From a virus (lineage: Duplodnaviria > Caudoviricetes), in the IMG/VR virus record IMGVR_UViG_3300028072_000011, positions 1-40,741 of that record: a DNA stretch of 40,741 bases. One strand, written 5' to 3'. Under the pieces are notes generated by a model, which saw nothing but the letters and a program-made list of their open reading frames with translations, had not been told where the DNA came from and searched no databases. Of this stretch, positions 1 through 7,994 are shown in pieces. Every line of letters begins with the position of its first letter. The first letter of the stretch is position 1. The translations under genes were made by a program, and so were the position numbers.

Positions 1-127
1 CAGAAGCATTAAAGTTATTTGACACTGAATATTACCGGCACTGCATTGAGTTTGCACAAAGGGTTAAAAAATACTGTGATAAGCACCAATTAAATTTTTC
101 AGAAGTGTATACTATCCCAAATATTAC
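1..127. repeat. Terminal direct repeat (left copy); circular-assembly overlap
   Basis: 1-127 (cagaagcatt...ccaaatattac) is identical to 40615-40741. 127 is a common assembler k-mer size, and an ORF reads through the join. Confidence 0.95.
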
Positions 128-254
128 TTACAACGAAGGTTATACAGAATTGGGATATCCCGAATATGTAAGACCAGTATTACAGCCGATCATGAAAGAA
201 ATAGGCGGACATTGTTTATTGCCAAATCAAAAATTAATCAAAGAACATGAATAA
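1..254 (+). CDS. 3' part of a UDP-glucose/GDP-mannose dehydrogenase-like protein (continues from 40164 across the join)
   Basis: The frame starting at base 3 reads EALKLFDTEYYRHCIEFAQ...EIGGHCLLPNQKLIKEHE* (TAA 252-254). It contains the family catalytic Lys helix and the GGHC motif. Confidence 0.8.
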   Translation, partial: EALKLFDTEYYRHCIEFAQRVKKYCDKHQLNFSEVYTIPNITYNEGYTELGYPEYVRPVLQPIMKEIGGHCLLPNQKLIKEHE

Positions 255-255
255 T

Positions 256-285
256 TTGTGATGACGGGACAACGTATGGTATAAT
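256..285 (+). promoter_or_regulatory. Extended -10 promoter for a probably leaderless HNH transcript
   Basis: TGG-TATAAT at 277-285, 6 nt upstream of ATG 292. Confidence 0.55.
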
Positions 286-291
286 AGAAAT

Positions 292-654
292 ATGAAGATA
301 CCATACAGCATTTGTCCAGTATGTAAAAAAACTGGATTTAAGTATAAAAAATATTGCAGTAGGAAATGTTATTTTAAGCACAACACAGGCAAGAACCATT
401 GGTTTTGGAAAGGTGGGATTAAAACAAGACCGGATGGATATTTAAGGGATAGTAGAACTGATAAATATATTCACCGCATTGTAATGGAAAAACACTTAGG
501 CAGGGAATTAAAAAGTACTGAACATATACACCATATTGATGGCAACCCCAAGAATAATAAGATTAAAAATCTTTTATTGGTAACTAATAGTGAACATAGA
601 AAAATAGAAAATATTAAAGCAAAAAGAGGAACAAATGGAAGATACTCAAAATAA
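292..654 (+). CDS. HNH homing endonuclease with N-terminal Zn finger
   Basis: CPVC...YCSRKC N-terminus, then YIHRIVMEKHLGR...HHIDGNPKNNKIKNL (HNH_3-type). Confidence 0.9.
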   Translation: MKIPYSICPVCKKTGFKYKKYCSRKCYFKHNTGKNHWFWKGGIKTRPDGYLRDSRTDKYIHRIVMEKHLGRELKSTEHIHHIDGNPKNNKIKNLLLVTNSEHRKIENIKAKRGTNGRYSK

Positions 655-1651
655 AAATAAAGTGGCGTTGATTTTTGGGATAACTGGTATGGATGGTTCT
701 TATCTTACAGAATTGCTTTTAAGCAAAGGATATGAAGTGCATGGTTTTGTACGTCCAACTTCTACCTTTAATCGCCAAAGGATAGACCACATTTTTGATA
801 CTGCTGAAAAGCGTGAAACATTTTTACACTACGGGGACTTAATTGATATCTTTTCTATTTTAAGGGTACTAAAAAAAGTACAACCCGATGAAGTGTATAA
901 TTTGGGAGCTCAAACCCATGTTAAAATTTCATGGGATATTCCATATTACACAGCTCAAACTACCGGCATAGGGGTACTGAATGTTTTAGAGTCAATAAGA
1001 TTTTTAGAATTGAAGTGTAAATTTTATCAGGCAAGCACCAGTGAATTATATTCAGGCAAACCAAGTGAAGCACCACAGGATGAGAATACAAGATTTGACC
1101 CAGCTTCACCTTATGGAACGGCTAAGCTTTATGGTTTTCAAATTGCCAAAAATTACCGGGATGCATTTGGAATGTTTATTTGTAACGGCATATTGTTCAA
1201 CCATGAGAGTAAAAGGCGAGGGGATAACTTTGTAACTAAAAAGATTATTAATTCAGTAAAAGATGCACAATGTGATTGTAAGGGTTCAGAAATGACCATA
1301 CCGGGCCATTATGAAATGTGTAAAACCAATAATATAGATGTGCATTTGGGAAATACTGATGCTTCACGAGATTGGGGATGGGCCCCTGAATATGTTGAAG
1401 GTATGTGGTTAATGATGCAACAAGAAAAGCCGGATGACTATGTATTAGCTACCGGTGAAACGCACACAGTAAAAGAATTTATTGATTGGGTTAAAGAATT
1501 GACCGGCAAGAATATTAAAGTAGTCATTGATAATAAATTTGTCCGTCCGCAAGATGTAGATTTGCTTTGTGGAAACCCAAAGAAAGCAGAAGAAAAATTA
1601 GGTTGGAAAGCCAAAACAAAAGGCAAAGATTTAGTCAAGGAAATGTTATGA
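635..1651 (+). CDS. gmd: GDP-mannose 4,6-dehydratase
   Basis: GITGMDGSYL, LHYGDL, PDEVYNLGAQTHV, YQASTSELY, SPYGTAKLY, GILFNHES, RDWGWA, DYVLATGETH. Confidence 0.95.
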   Translation: MEDTQNKNKVALIFGITGMDGSYLTELLLSKGYEVHGFVRPTSTFNRQRIDHIFDTAEKRETFLHYGDLIDIFSILRVLKKVQPDEVYNLGAQTHVKISWDIPYYTAQTTGIGVLNVLESIRFLELKCKFYQASTSELYSGKPSEAPQDENTRFDPASPYGTAKLYGFQIAKNYRDAFGMFICNGILFNHESKRRGDNFVTKKIINSVKDAQCDCKGSEMTIPGHYEMCKTNNIDVHLGNTDASRDWGWAPEYVEGMWLMMQQEKPDDYVLATGETHTVKEFIDWVKELTGKNIKVVIDNKFVRPQDVDLLCGNPKKAEEKLGWKAKTKGKDLVKEML

Positions 1652-2004
1652 TAATAGAAGGCAGGGGAAAGGTAACTATACACCCCAAAGCAGTAGGGCA
1701 GGAAAATACTCACATTATCTGCATGGAAGAGGTGAATATAGGCGAAGGGACATTGATAGGAAATAACGTAGTAATAGTTGACTTTGACCATGAACTTAAT
1801 GATAAGAAAAACATTCATCATTACGGAATAAAGAAGCCAATTAACATAGGACGTTTCTGCTGGATAGGAGCAAATAGCGTGATATTAAAGGGTGTGACAT
1901 TGGGGGATTACTGCGTTGTTGGAGCCGGAGCAATAGTTACAAAATCATTTCCCAAGAATTCTATTATTGCAGGAAATCCAGCTAAATTAATTAGAAAAAG
2001 ATAA
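1648..2004 (+). CDS. Hexapeptide-repeat sugar O/N-acyltransferase
   Basis: ATGA overlap with the gmd stop gives start 1648; IGRFCWIGANSVILKGVTLGDYCVVGAGAIVTKS...AGNPAKLI. Confidence 0.9.
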   Translation: MIIEGRGKVTIHPKAVGQENTHIICMEEVNIGEGTLIGNNVVIVDFDHELNDKKNIHHYGIKKPINIGRFCWIGANSVILKGVTLGDYCVVGAGAIVTKSFPKNSIIAGNPAKLIRKR

Positions 2005-2005
2005 T

Positions 2006-2479
2006 ATGAAAGTTTATTTAGGAGCAGGAAAAGAAAGAATGGAAGGTTTTAAGCATTTGGATAAACATCACTTCCCGGGAATTGATTACATTTGTGATGT
2101 TACAAAAGGGTTACCATTTCCCGATAACAGTGTAGAACTTATCATATCAAAGGATTTTCTTGAACACTTACCAACTGAAAGCAAAGTATTTGTAATTAAT
2201 GAAATTTGGCGTGTATTAGTACCCGGAGGATTAATGGAACACTATGTACCAAATGCCGGAAGTAGAAATGATTTTGGTTCACCAAGCCACTTATCCCATT
2301 GGAACTTGCAGCAGTTTGAACACTTTGACGTTGATAGTTACCGGTGGCGTGTGGATCGTGAATATGAAGGGTTTATAGGTGGTTTTAGAAAGATTTTAGC
2401 TGAAGAAGTGAACCCATTAGAGGAATATTTTGGCACCATGATGCAATCAATACACGTAATTTATAAGGCAGTAAAATGA
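2006..2479 (+). CDS. Class I SAM-dependent methyltransferase (Methyltransf_11-like)
   Basis: VYLGAG motif I; LPFPDNSVELI...FLEHL...EIWRVLVPGG. Confidence 0.85.
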   Translation: MKVYLGAGKERMEGFKHLDKHHFPGIDYICDVTKGLPFPDNSVELIISKDFLEHLPTESKVFVINEIWRVLVPGGLMEHYVPNAGSRNDFGSPSHLSHWNLQQFEHFDVDSYRWRVDREYEGFIGGFRKILAEEVNPLEEYFGTMMQSIHVIYKAVK

Positions 2480-2631
2480 GCAACAAAAAGGAACGATTTA
2501 TTTGTGAAAAATGCGGTGACAAGGGACGTAGTAAAAATAAGAAACGAAAGTATTGTGACGACTGCACAAGAAAAATGGTTAATAGTAAAATTATTAAAGA
2601 ACAGGGCGATACTATAATAACCCATGCATAG
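2476..2631 (+). CDS. Small basic Zn-finger protein (51 aa; not in the ORF track)
   Basis: MSNKKERFICEKCGDKGRSKNKKRKYCDDCTRK...; ATGA-coupled to the upstream gene and overlapping the next start. Confidence 0.6.
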   Translation: MSNKKERFICEKCGDKGRSKNKKRKYCDDCTRKMVNSKIIKEQGDTIITHA

Positions 2632-3451
2632 CAAAGTATTTTTAATATCAGAATTCGGGTCACCATTCTCGTGGACCGATAAATATATAGAAAACGTGGC
2701 CAAGTTGGGACAATACGGGTGGTATTGGAAGATTTTTACGCCTAATAAATATGAGAACGTACCGCCAAATGTTGAAATAGTAAATATGACCATTGAGCAG
2801 TACGCAGAACTAGTAGAAAAGAAACTAGGCATTAAGCCAAATTTTTACATCACTGACAAGGGTACACCAAGTATTCATATTACAGATTTTTATATATTTT
2901 CAGGCGTAGTATTTGAAGATTATATCAAGGACTTTGATTTTTGGGGAATTACTAACATGGATGTGGTTTATGGCCGACTGGACCATTATTTGCCGGATGA
3001 ATATTTTAGGGATTGCGATGTTTTTACTGACGACGTGAATGCCATTAATGGAGTGTTTTGTCTTTTCAGGAATAGAGTAGAAATAAATAACCTTTTCAGG
3101 TTTATACCAAATTGGGAAAATATACTAAAACAGAATGTATGCCAAAAGTGCATAACTGGTGAGGGGGAACATAAATTGTATGTTTCAGATGAATTCATGA
3201 TGACTGATGTTATGAAGTCATTAGGCGATAAGGTAAGATATAAGTATCCGCCCTATGACCCACTGCACAGCTATGACCGGCTTGAACAGCACCAGCCAAA
3301 GCCAAAATTAGAAATTAAAAGTGACGGGTCATTGTATGAAAACTTTAATGATGTTTTCAAATTGAAGCATGACCCAAACTTTACCAAAGGACACCGGGGT
3401 AAAGAAATTATGTATTTTCATTTTAGCTACACAAAAAAGTGGCCATTATAA
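2624..3451 (+). CDS. DUF6625-like putative glycosyltransferase
   Basis: FG.PF.W N-terminus, FEDYIKDFDFWGITNMDVVYGRL and C-terminal MYFHF resemble DUF6625 proteins of polysaccharide loci. Confidence 0.65.
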   Translation: MHSKVFLISEFGSPFSWTDKYIENVAKLGQYGWYWKIFTPNKYENVPPNVEIVNMTIEQYAELVEKKLGIKPNFYITDKGTPSIHITDFYIFSGVVFEDYIKDFDFWGITNMDVVYGRLDHYLPDEYFRDCDVFTDDVNAINGVFCLFRNRVEINNLFRFIPNWENILKQNVCQKCITGEGEHKLYVSDEFMMTDVMKSLGDKVRYKYPPYDPLHSYDRLEQHQPKPKLEIKSDGSLYENFNDVFKLKHDPNFTKGHRGKEIMYFHFSYTKKWPL

Positions 3452-3465
3452 TTAAATAAAAAACT

Positions 3466-4194
3466 ATGCCAAAAGAAAAAAAAGGTATTGAGAACTGCAT
3501 TATTGGCCACAAGGGCTTTATTGGCAGTGCGTTAGCAAAAAAAGTAGGCGAGTATACTACTACGCCAACGAAGGATACTAAAACCATATTTTATATGGCT
3601 TCTGTAACCCACCCTGAATTTGAAAGTAATTTTGATTATCATTTAAGCAAAGTGGTATCTGATTTTCTTTACCTCTTGCCATTTTGTAGAGATAACAATA
3701 TCAAGTTTATTTATCCATCAAGTGCATTAGTGTATGAAAAAGATACGCCTTTTGTGAAATCAAAAAGAGTATTGGAAACTATGGCCTCTTGCTATCCAAA
3801 GACATTGGGATTGAGGATGTTTCCAGTTTACGGGCCGGGTGAAACAAGGACAGCAATTTCGCAGTGGTGCCATGACATTATGAAAGGTGTAAAACCTATT
3901 GTATACGGCGATGGAACGCAGAAAAGAGATTTTATTTACATTGATGACGTAGTAGATAATATCATTCACATGGCCACAAAAGAGTATGAAGGAATAAAAG
4001 ATTTAGGAGCTGGCAAACCAGTGGAATTTAATCAAATTTTAGACATCATTGGAAAGATCAGCCGCAAAGAATTTAATATTAATTATATTCCTGCCCCTAG
4101 CGGATATTCAGAGGGTATTGTGTGCAGAAATCCCGTACCTACGAATGTCAGCATAGAAGATGGAATTAAAAATATACTCAATGCAATCAACTAG
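3466..4194 (+). CDS. NAD-dependent epimerase/dehydratase/reductase (extended SDR)
   Basis: GHKGFIG, YPSSALVY, LRMFPVYGPG, VYGDGTQKRDFIYIDDVV; the YxxxK motif reads FVKSK. Confidence 0.85.
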   Translation: MPKEKKGIENCIIGHKGFIGSALAKKVGEYTTTPTKDTKTIFYMASVTHPEFESNFDYHLSKVVSDFLYLLPFCRDNNIKFIYPSSALVYEKDTPFVKSKRVLETMASCYPKTLGLRMFPVYGPGETRTAISQWCHDIMKGVKPIVYGDGTQKRDFIYIDDVVDNIIHMATKEYEGIKDLGAGKPVEFNQILDIIGKISRKEFNINYIPAPSGYSEGIVCRNPVPTNVSIEDGIKNILNAIN

Positions 4195-4741
4195 CTACGA
4201 AAAAGAATATTGGAATGCAAGGTATAGGGGCAAACCTTCAGTAGAGGGAAACAATAGCGGATATGGTTCGTATGGGGATCAGTTGGAACAAAAGATAAAC
4301 TGGTTGCGACCACTAAAGGATATTAAAACCATTACTGAAATAGGGTGCGGTGATTTTAATTTTGGAAGCCGGGTTGTTTCACTATATGAAGACGTAAAGT
4401 ATTCAGGGTATGACATTTCAGATGAAATTATTGATAGAAACAGGCGAGCATGGCCACAGTACCATTTTGGAACTATGGAAGAAGCAATGACACCTGCTGA
4501 CTTAGTAATGTGTGTAGATGTTTTGTTTCATGTGATAGATAGCGAAGAAGCAAAAAATATGGTGAACTTGATTGAATCACTATGGACAAAATATCTTGTT
4601 GTTACAGCATATGAACGAGATGAATTTAAGGAAAACCATGTAAGAATAAGAAAGTTTAACTATGAACGATTTGGAACACCTAAATTAAGAGAAATCATAG
4701 AAGAAGACGGACAAATGTATTTTTATATCTTTGAACGATGA
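4181..4741 (+). CDS. Class I SAM-dependent methyltransferase
   Basis: YWNARY...SGYGS, EIGCGD motif I, YSGYDIS, DLVMCVDVLFHV; ATG 4181 overlaps the SDR stop region (4160 is an alternative start). Confidence 0.85.
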   Translation: MQSTSYEKEYWNARYRGKPSVEGNNSGYGSYGDQLEQKINWLRPLKDIKTITEIGCGDFNFGSRVVSLYEDVKYSGYDISDEIIDRNRRAWPQYHFGTMEEAMTPADLVMCVDVLFHVIDSEEAKNMVNLIESLWTKYLVVTAYERDEFKENHVRIRKFNYERFGTPKLREIIEEDGQMYFYIFER

Positions 4742-5145
4742 AAACCATAGCAGTATCAGGGTATTTTGCACCACTTCATAGGGGGCATGTAGAATACCTA
4801 AAATTAGCACGATCGTTAGGTGACCGGCTTGTGGTTATTGTAAATAACGATGAACAGCTTTTGAAATATAAAAAAAGGAAATACCCTCTTGAAGACAGGA
4901 TAGCAGTACTGGAAGAATTAAAATGTGTAGATGAAGTTTTTATCAGCATTGATAGGGATAATACTGTTTGCAGGTCTTTGGTTAGTGTAAAGCCCGATGT
5001 ATTTGCAAAAGGGGGTGACCGGTATGCCGGTGAAATACCCGAAACAGCAAAATGTATGGAATATGGGATTGCCATAGTTGACTGTTTGGGCCGTAAAATA
5101 CAAAGTTCATCTGAAATTCTAAAAAACTATGATACCACTGAATAA
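4738..5145 (+). CDS. Cytidylyl/adenylyltransferase (HxGH family; TagD/RfaE-II-like)
   Basis: SGYFAPLHRGHVEYL, LVVIVNND, KGGDR, KIQSSS. Confidence 0.88.
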   Translation: MKTIAVSGYFAPLHRGHVEYLKLARSLGDRLVVIVNNDEQLLKYKKRKYPLEDRIAVLEELKCVDEVFISIDRDNTVCRSLVSVKPDVFAKGGDRYAGEIPETAKCMEYGIAIVDCLGRKIQSSSEILKNYDTTE

Positions 5146-5680
5146 AATATCAGCTTGTTTTATTACTAAAGATAGTGTTTATCCAAAGGAAATAATAGAC
5201 CATGTTTTTCAGTTCCCGTTTGGTGAGTTTTTATTTTTAACAAAATGCGATAGCCCACACCGAAAGCAAGAGTTATTTCAGAAAGCAAAGTATGAATATA
5301 TTTATTACCAAGATGACGATGCTATTTGCCCTATAAAAGAATTAGCCGAACAATCACAGGAAGGCATAATTAATTGTGTTATGGACCAAGGGCATATAGA
5401 TCAGCTGGTCAATAGTAAAATTGCTTTATTGGGTTGGGGTTCAATTTTTCCAAAAGAAACCATTAAAGTGTTAGATAAATATCGTGAAAAGTTTGGCGAA
5501 GATTTTTTGTACAAACGGGAAACTGAACGAATAATGACTACATTGAGTTATCCGCAGAACAGATTATGCCTACCAATTACTAATTTACCCTCTGCATTTG
5601 CACCTGATAGGCTATCAAATCAGCCGGGCCATTATGACTACATAGGGATGGTTGAAGAACGTTGTAAGTTGTTGACATAG
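5129..5680 (+). CDS. Small GT-A fold glycosyltransferase-like protein
   Basis: ISACFIT N-terminal strand and AKYEYIYYQDDD (DxD) motif; last gene of the sugar operon. Confidence 0.65.
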   Translation: MIPLNKISACFITKDSVYPKEIIDHVFQFPFGEFLFLTKCDSPHRKQELFQKAKYEYIYYQDDDAICPIKELAEQSQEGIINCVMDQGHIDQLVNSKIALLGWGSIFPKETIKVLDKYREKFGEDFLYKRETERIMTTLSYPQNRLCLPITNLPSAFAPDRLSNQPGHYDYIGMVEERCKLLT

Positions 5681-5702
5681 GTTTTTCAGATATAATAAAT
5701 CT
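5669..5702 (+). promoter_or_regulatory. Promoter (lysis module), probably leaderless
   Basis: TTGTTGACAT...ATATAATAAATCT; TATAAT 5691-5696 is 6 nt before ATG 5703; near-identical motif at 18425-18458. Confidence 0.7.
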
Positions 5703-6113
5703 ATGGACTGGCCGCAAGTAACGATAACTATCACCGAGTTGTTTTTCAGCATGGCCGCACTGTTTGCCGGTGTTGGCTATTTTCGCCAAGGTAAGGCAAA
5801 ATCAAAGTTAGACACGGTAACTCTTTTCAAAGAACAAGTTGATGCATTGGAAGGCAAGGTTAATACGCAAACTGACGAAATGGCAAAACTGATGAAACGC
5901 ATAAAAATGCTTCAGGACGCTATTGACGAAAGGGACAAAAAGTTTGCACAAGCAATTTTAGCCATTCAAGGAAGGGACCCAAGCATGCAGGAATTCATGA
6001 TTTTAATGAGAAGTTACATTGATACGAATACACCCTTATTAGAAACCATTAAGACAAAAACTATCCCGACTATTGAAAGATTAGAATTGTACCTAAACAA
6101 ACAAACATTTTAG
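5703..6113 (+). CDS. Single-TM coiled-coil membrane protein (lysis-associated)
   Basis: N-terminal hydrophobic helix (ITITELFFSMAALFAGVGYF) followed by a heptad coiled coil; precedes the lysis genes. Confidence 0.6.
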   Translation: MDWPQVTITITELFFSMAALFAGVGYFRQGKAKSKLDTVTLFKEQVDALEGKVNTQTDEMAKLMKRIKMLQDAIDERDKKFAQAILAIQGRDPSMQEFMILMRSYIDTNTPLLETIKTKTIPTIERLELYLNKQTF

Positions 6114-6201
6114 TGATTAGTTCGGCAGTGGGTCTGTCCATATTCCCACTATTTTTTCAGAGCCGCAGTAGGTTCCCAGACCCTACTGCCGAGCCAATCA
6201 C
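6113..6201 (+). other. Long imperfect RNA stem-loop
   Basis: gtgattagttcggcagtgggtctg (6113-6136) pairs with cagaccctactgccgagccaatcac (6177-6201). Confidence 0.8.
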
Positions 6202-6228
6202 AAATCACTTCTTTTGGGGGTCACCCAC

Positions 6229-6438
6229 ATGCTCACCGCATTGAAGGAACAAGTCAATCCGACCATGGTCATCAAGAACCGGGCCGACCTCAAACAAGCA
6301 CTCTCTGACCTGGAGTTTTATGCAGGTCTGGCCATTACCAAGGGCGAGTCTTTGGAAATGGATTTGTGGGCCGAAGTGGGGAAGGTAGTGGCCCCACGCA
6401 GTATCTCCAAGAAGGAGGTGATCAAATCTCAGTCGTAA
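6229..6438 (+). CDS. Hypothetical protein (69 aa) in a hairpin-flanked GC-richer cassette
   Basis: ATG 6229 MLTALKEQVNPTMVIK...; C-ending codons are more frequent than in neighbouring genes. Confidence 0.55.
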   Translation: MLTALKEQVNPTMVIKNRADLKQALSDLEFYAGLAITKGESLEMDLWAEVGKVVAPRSISKKEVIKSQS

Positions 6439-6501
6439 AGACTGGCTCGTAAGTCGCCACGCTACCGGCGGCCGTCAGGGGCATGGATGCCCCATATTTA
6501 T

Positions 6502-6572
6502 GGGGTCTGCAAGACTTCCCTCACACATTCACCCATTGGGTTCAAGGAGGAATCTTAGCAGACCCCTCCTTT
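6502..6572 (+). other. Long stem-loop / possible terminator
   Basis: ggggtctgcaagacttccctc pairs with gaggaatcttagcagacccc and is followed by tcctttc. Confidence 0.65.
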
Positions 6573-6763
6573 CAAATCTACTCATTTCATTTCTAAATCT
6601 ACTCATCTATGGACATATACTCATGGATTTTCGTCATTTTTATAGGTATAATTATAGTAGGGGTTATTGCAGGGGTCATTAAAGGGTTATTTTTCAATCC
6701 ACTGCCCGAATGGGTAGGGTTAACCGGGCAAGCATATTTGGACTGGAAAAAGAACAAACAACT

Positions 6764-7768
6764 ATGACAGACGAAGTATTAACACCACCGGGACTAGTAC
6801 CCGATCCAAGAACCGAAGAAGCCAAGGCCAAAGACTATCAGCATAGCGAAGTAGCCATGGCGGTGCCTTTGCAATGGGCAAGAGATATTTCACAGGCCCC
6901 CACATATTCTTTGAGGGACCAAAACGGAAGCGGATCATGCGTAGCACAAGCTACGGCAAAGGCACTTGAAACTTTACGCAGTGAAATTGAATCTGCTCAC
7001 CCTACCTATTTTAGACGGGTTAATTTCCCAACTATGGGAATGTACTTGCAGAATGCCGGGGAAATTATCAAAAAACAAGGAACTACATCAGAAGCATTGG
7101 ACCCATCACAAAGACTGACCGAAGACCAAATGAACCAGCCCGTTACGGTGCAGACACCGATTAACGGCTTTTTATATGCTTTTGTACCAGTAAGAGACAT
7201 AGACGAAATTGCACAGGCCATTGAAGTAAGGAAACACTGCTTAATTACCATTGCCGGCACATTAAAAGAGTATGCCTATTCAGACAAGCCGGTACCCGAT
7301 TTAACGGCCACCACATTAGATTGTTTGCATTGTATTTGTGGAGTGTACTACTTTACCGATGAAAAAGGTGAAAAGTGCATATTAATTGACGAAAGTTGGG
7401 GTCCAAATCACATTAGACGCAGAATTCTCACAGAAAGCTACTTAAAAGCTCGTGGAACGGGTGCAATGTACTATATCACGCCTACCGATCCGCCAATCAT
7501 CCCAAAGCCCCATTATTACTTTACTGTGGCATTAGAATTTGGAATGTACGGCAGTTTAGGCGTTAAGTACTTGCAAGACATATTAAAGTATGAGGGTTTG
7601 TTTCCTGCTAATGTTGCCTCAACTGGTAACTATTTAGAAGTTACCCGTAAGGCAGTATTGGCATTCCAAAGAAAACATCAGGTAGCTAGTGAAGAAGAAT
7701 TGATTATCGTAAACGGAAAGAGAATAGGACCAAAAACAATTAAAGTGTTGAATAGTCTATATAATTAA
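6764..7768 (+). CDS. Papain-like (C1) cysteine peptidase with C-terminal peptidoglycan-binding domain; candidate endolysin
   Basis: DQNGSGSCVAQA (Gln/Cys), LHCICGV (His), DESWG; C-terminal VKYLQDILKYEGLF...TGNYLEVTRKAVLAFQRKH...IGPKT (PG_binding_1). Start set at actATG 6764. Confidence 0.8.
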   Translation: MTDEVLTPPGLVPDPRTEEAKAKDYQHSEVAMAVPLQWARDISQAPTYSLRDQNGSGSCVAQATAKALETLRSEIESAHPTYFRRVNFPTMGMYLQNAGEIIKKQGTTSEALDPSQRLTEDQMNQPVTVQTPINGFLYAFVPVRDIDEIAQAIEVRKHCLITIAGTLKEYAYSDKPVPDLTATTLDCLHCICGVYYFTDEKGEKCILIDESWGPNHIRRRILTESYLKARGTGAMYYITPTDPPIIPKPHYYFTVALEFGMYGSLGVKYLQDILKYEGLFPANVASTGNYLEVTRKAVLAFQRKHQVASEEELIIVNGKRIGPKTIKVLNSLYN

Positions 7769-7781
7769 ATAAACAAAAAAC

Positions 7782-7994
7782 ATGGCACCATTTTTTATCG
7801 CATGGTTATTATCGTTCATAGCCGCCGCATTAGTATTTTATGTTTTGTGGTGGGCCTTAAAAACTGTGGCACTTCCCGAACCATGGAATAAAGTCGCAAT
7901 TACTGTACTGGTAGTTGTCACTGCATATGTTGTAATCGGATTATTGATGGGATTTGTAGCACCATTCCCTATATTCTTAAAGTTTATTAGCTAA
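7782..7994 (+). CDS. Two-TM small membrane protein (holin-like)
   Basis: Two hydrophobic helices joined by LPEPWNK; lies in the lysis cassette. Confidence 0.65.
   Translation: MAPFFIAWLLSFIAAALVFYVLWWALKTVALPEPWNKVAITVLVVVTAYVVIGLLMGFVAPFPIFLKFIS

Noticed and set aside
635-5680. Sugar operon as a host O-antigen locus flanking a prophage, or as a DNA-hypermodification system
   Set aside because: The contig is circular with the operon embedded among phage genes, and there is no wzx/wzy, integrase or att site. No base hydroxymethylase or DNA polymerase is seen to support DNA glycosylation, although it is not formally excluded.
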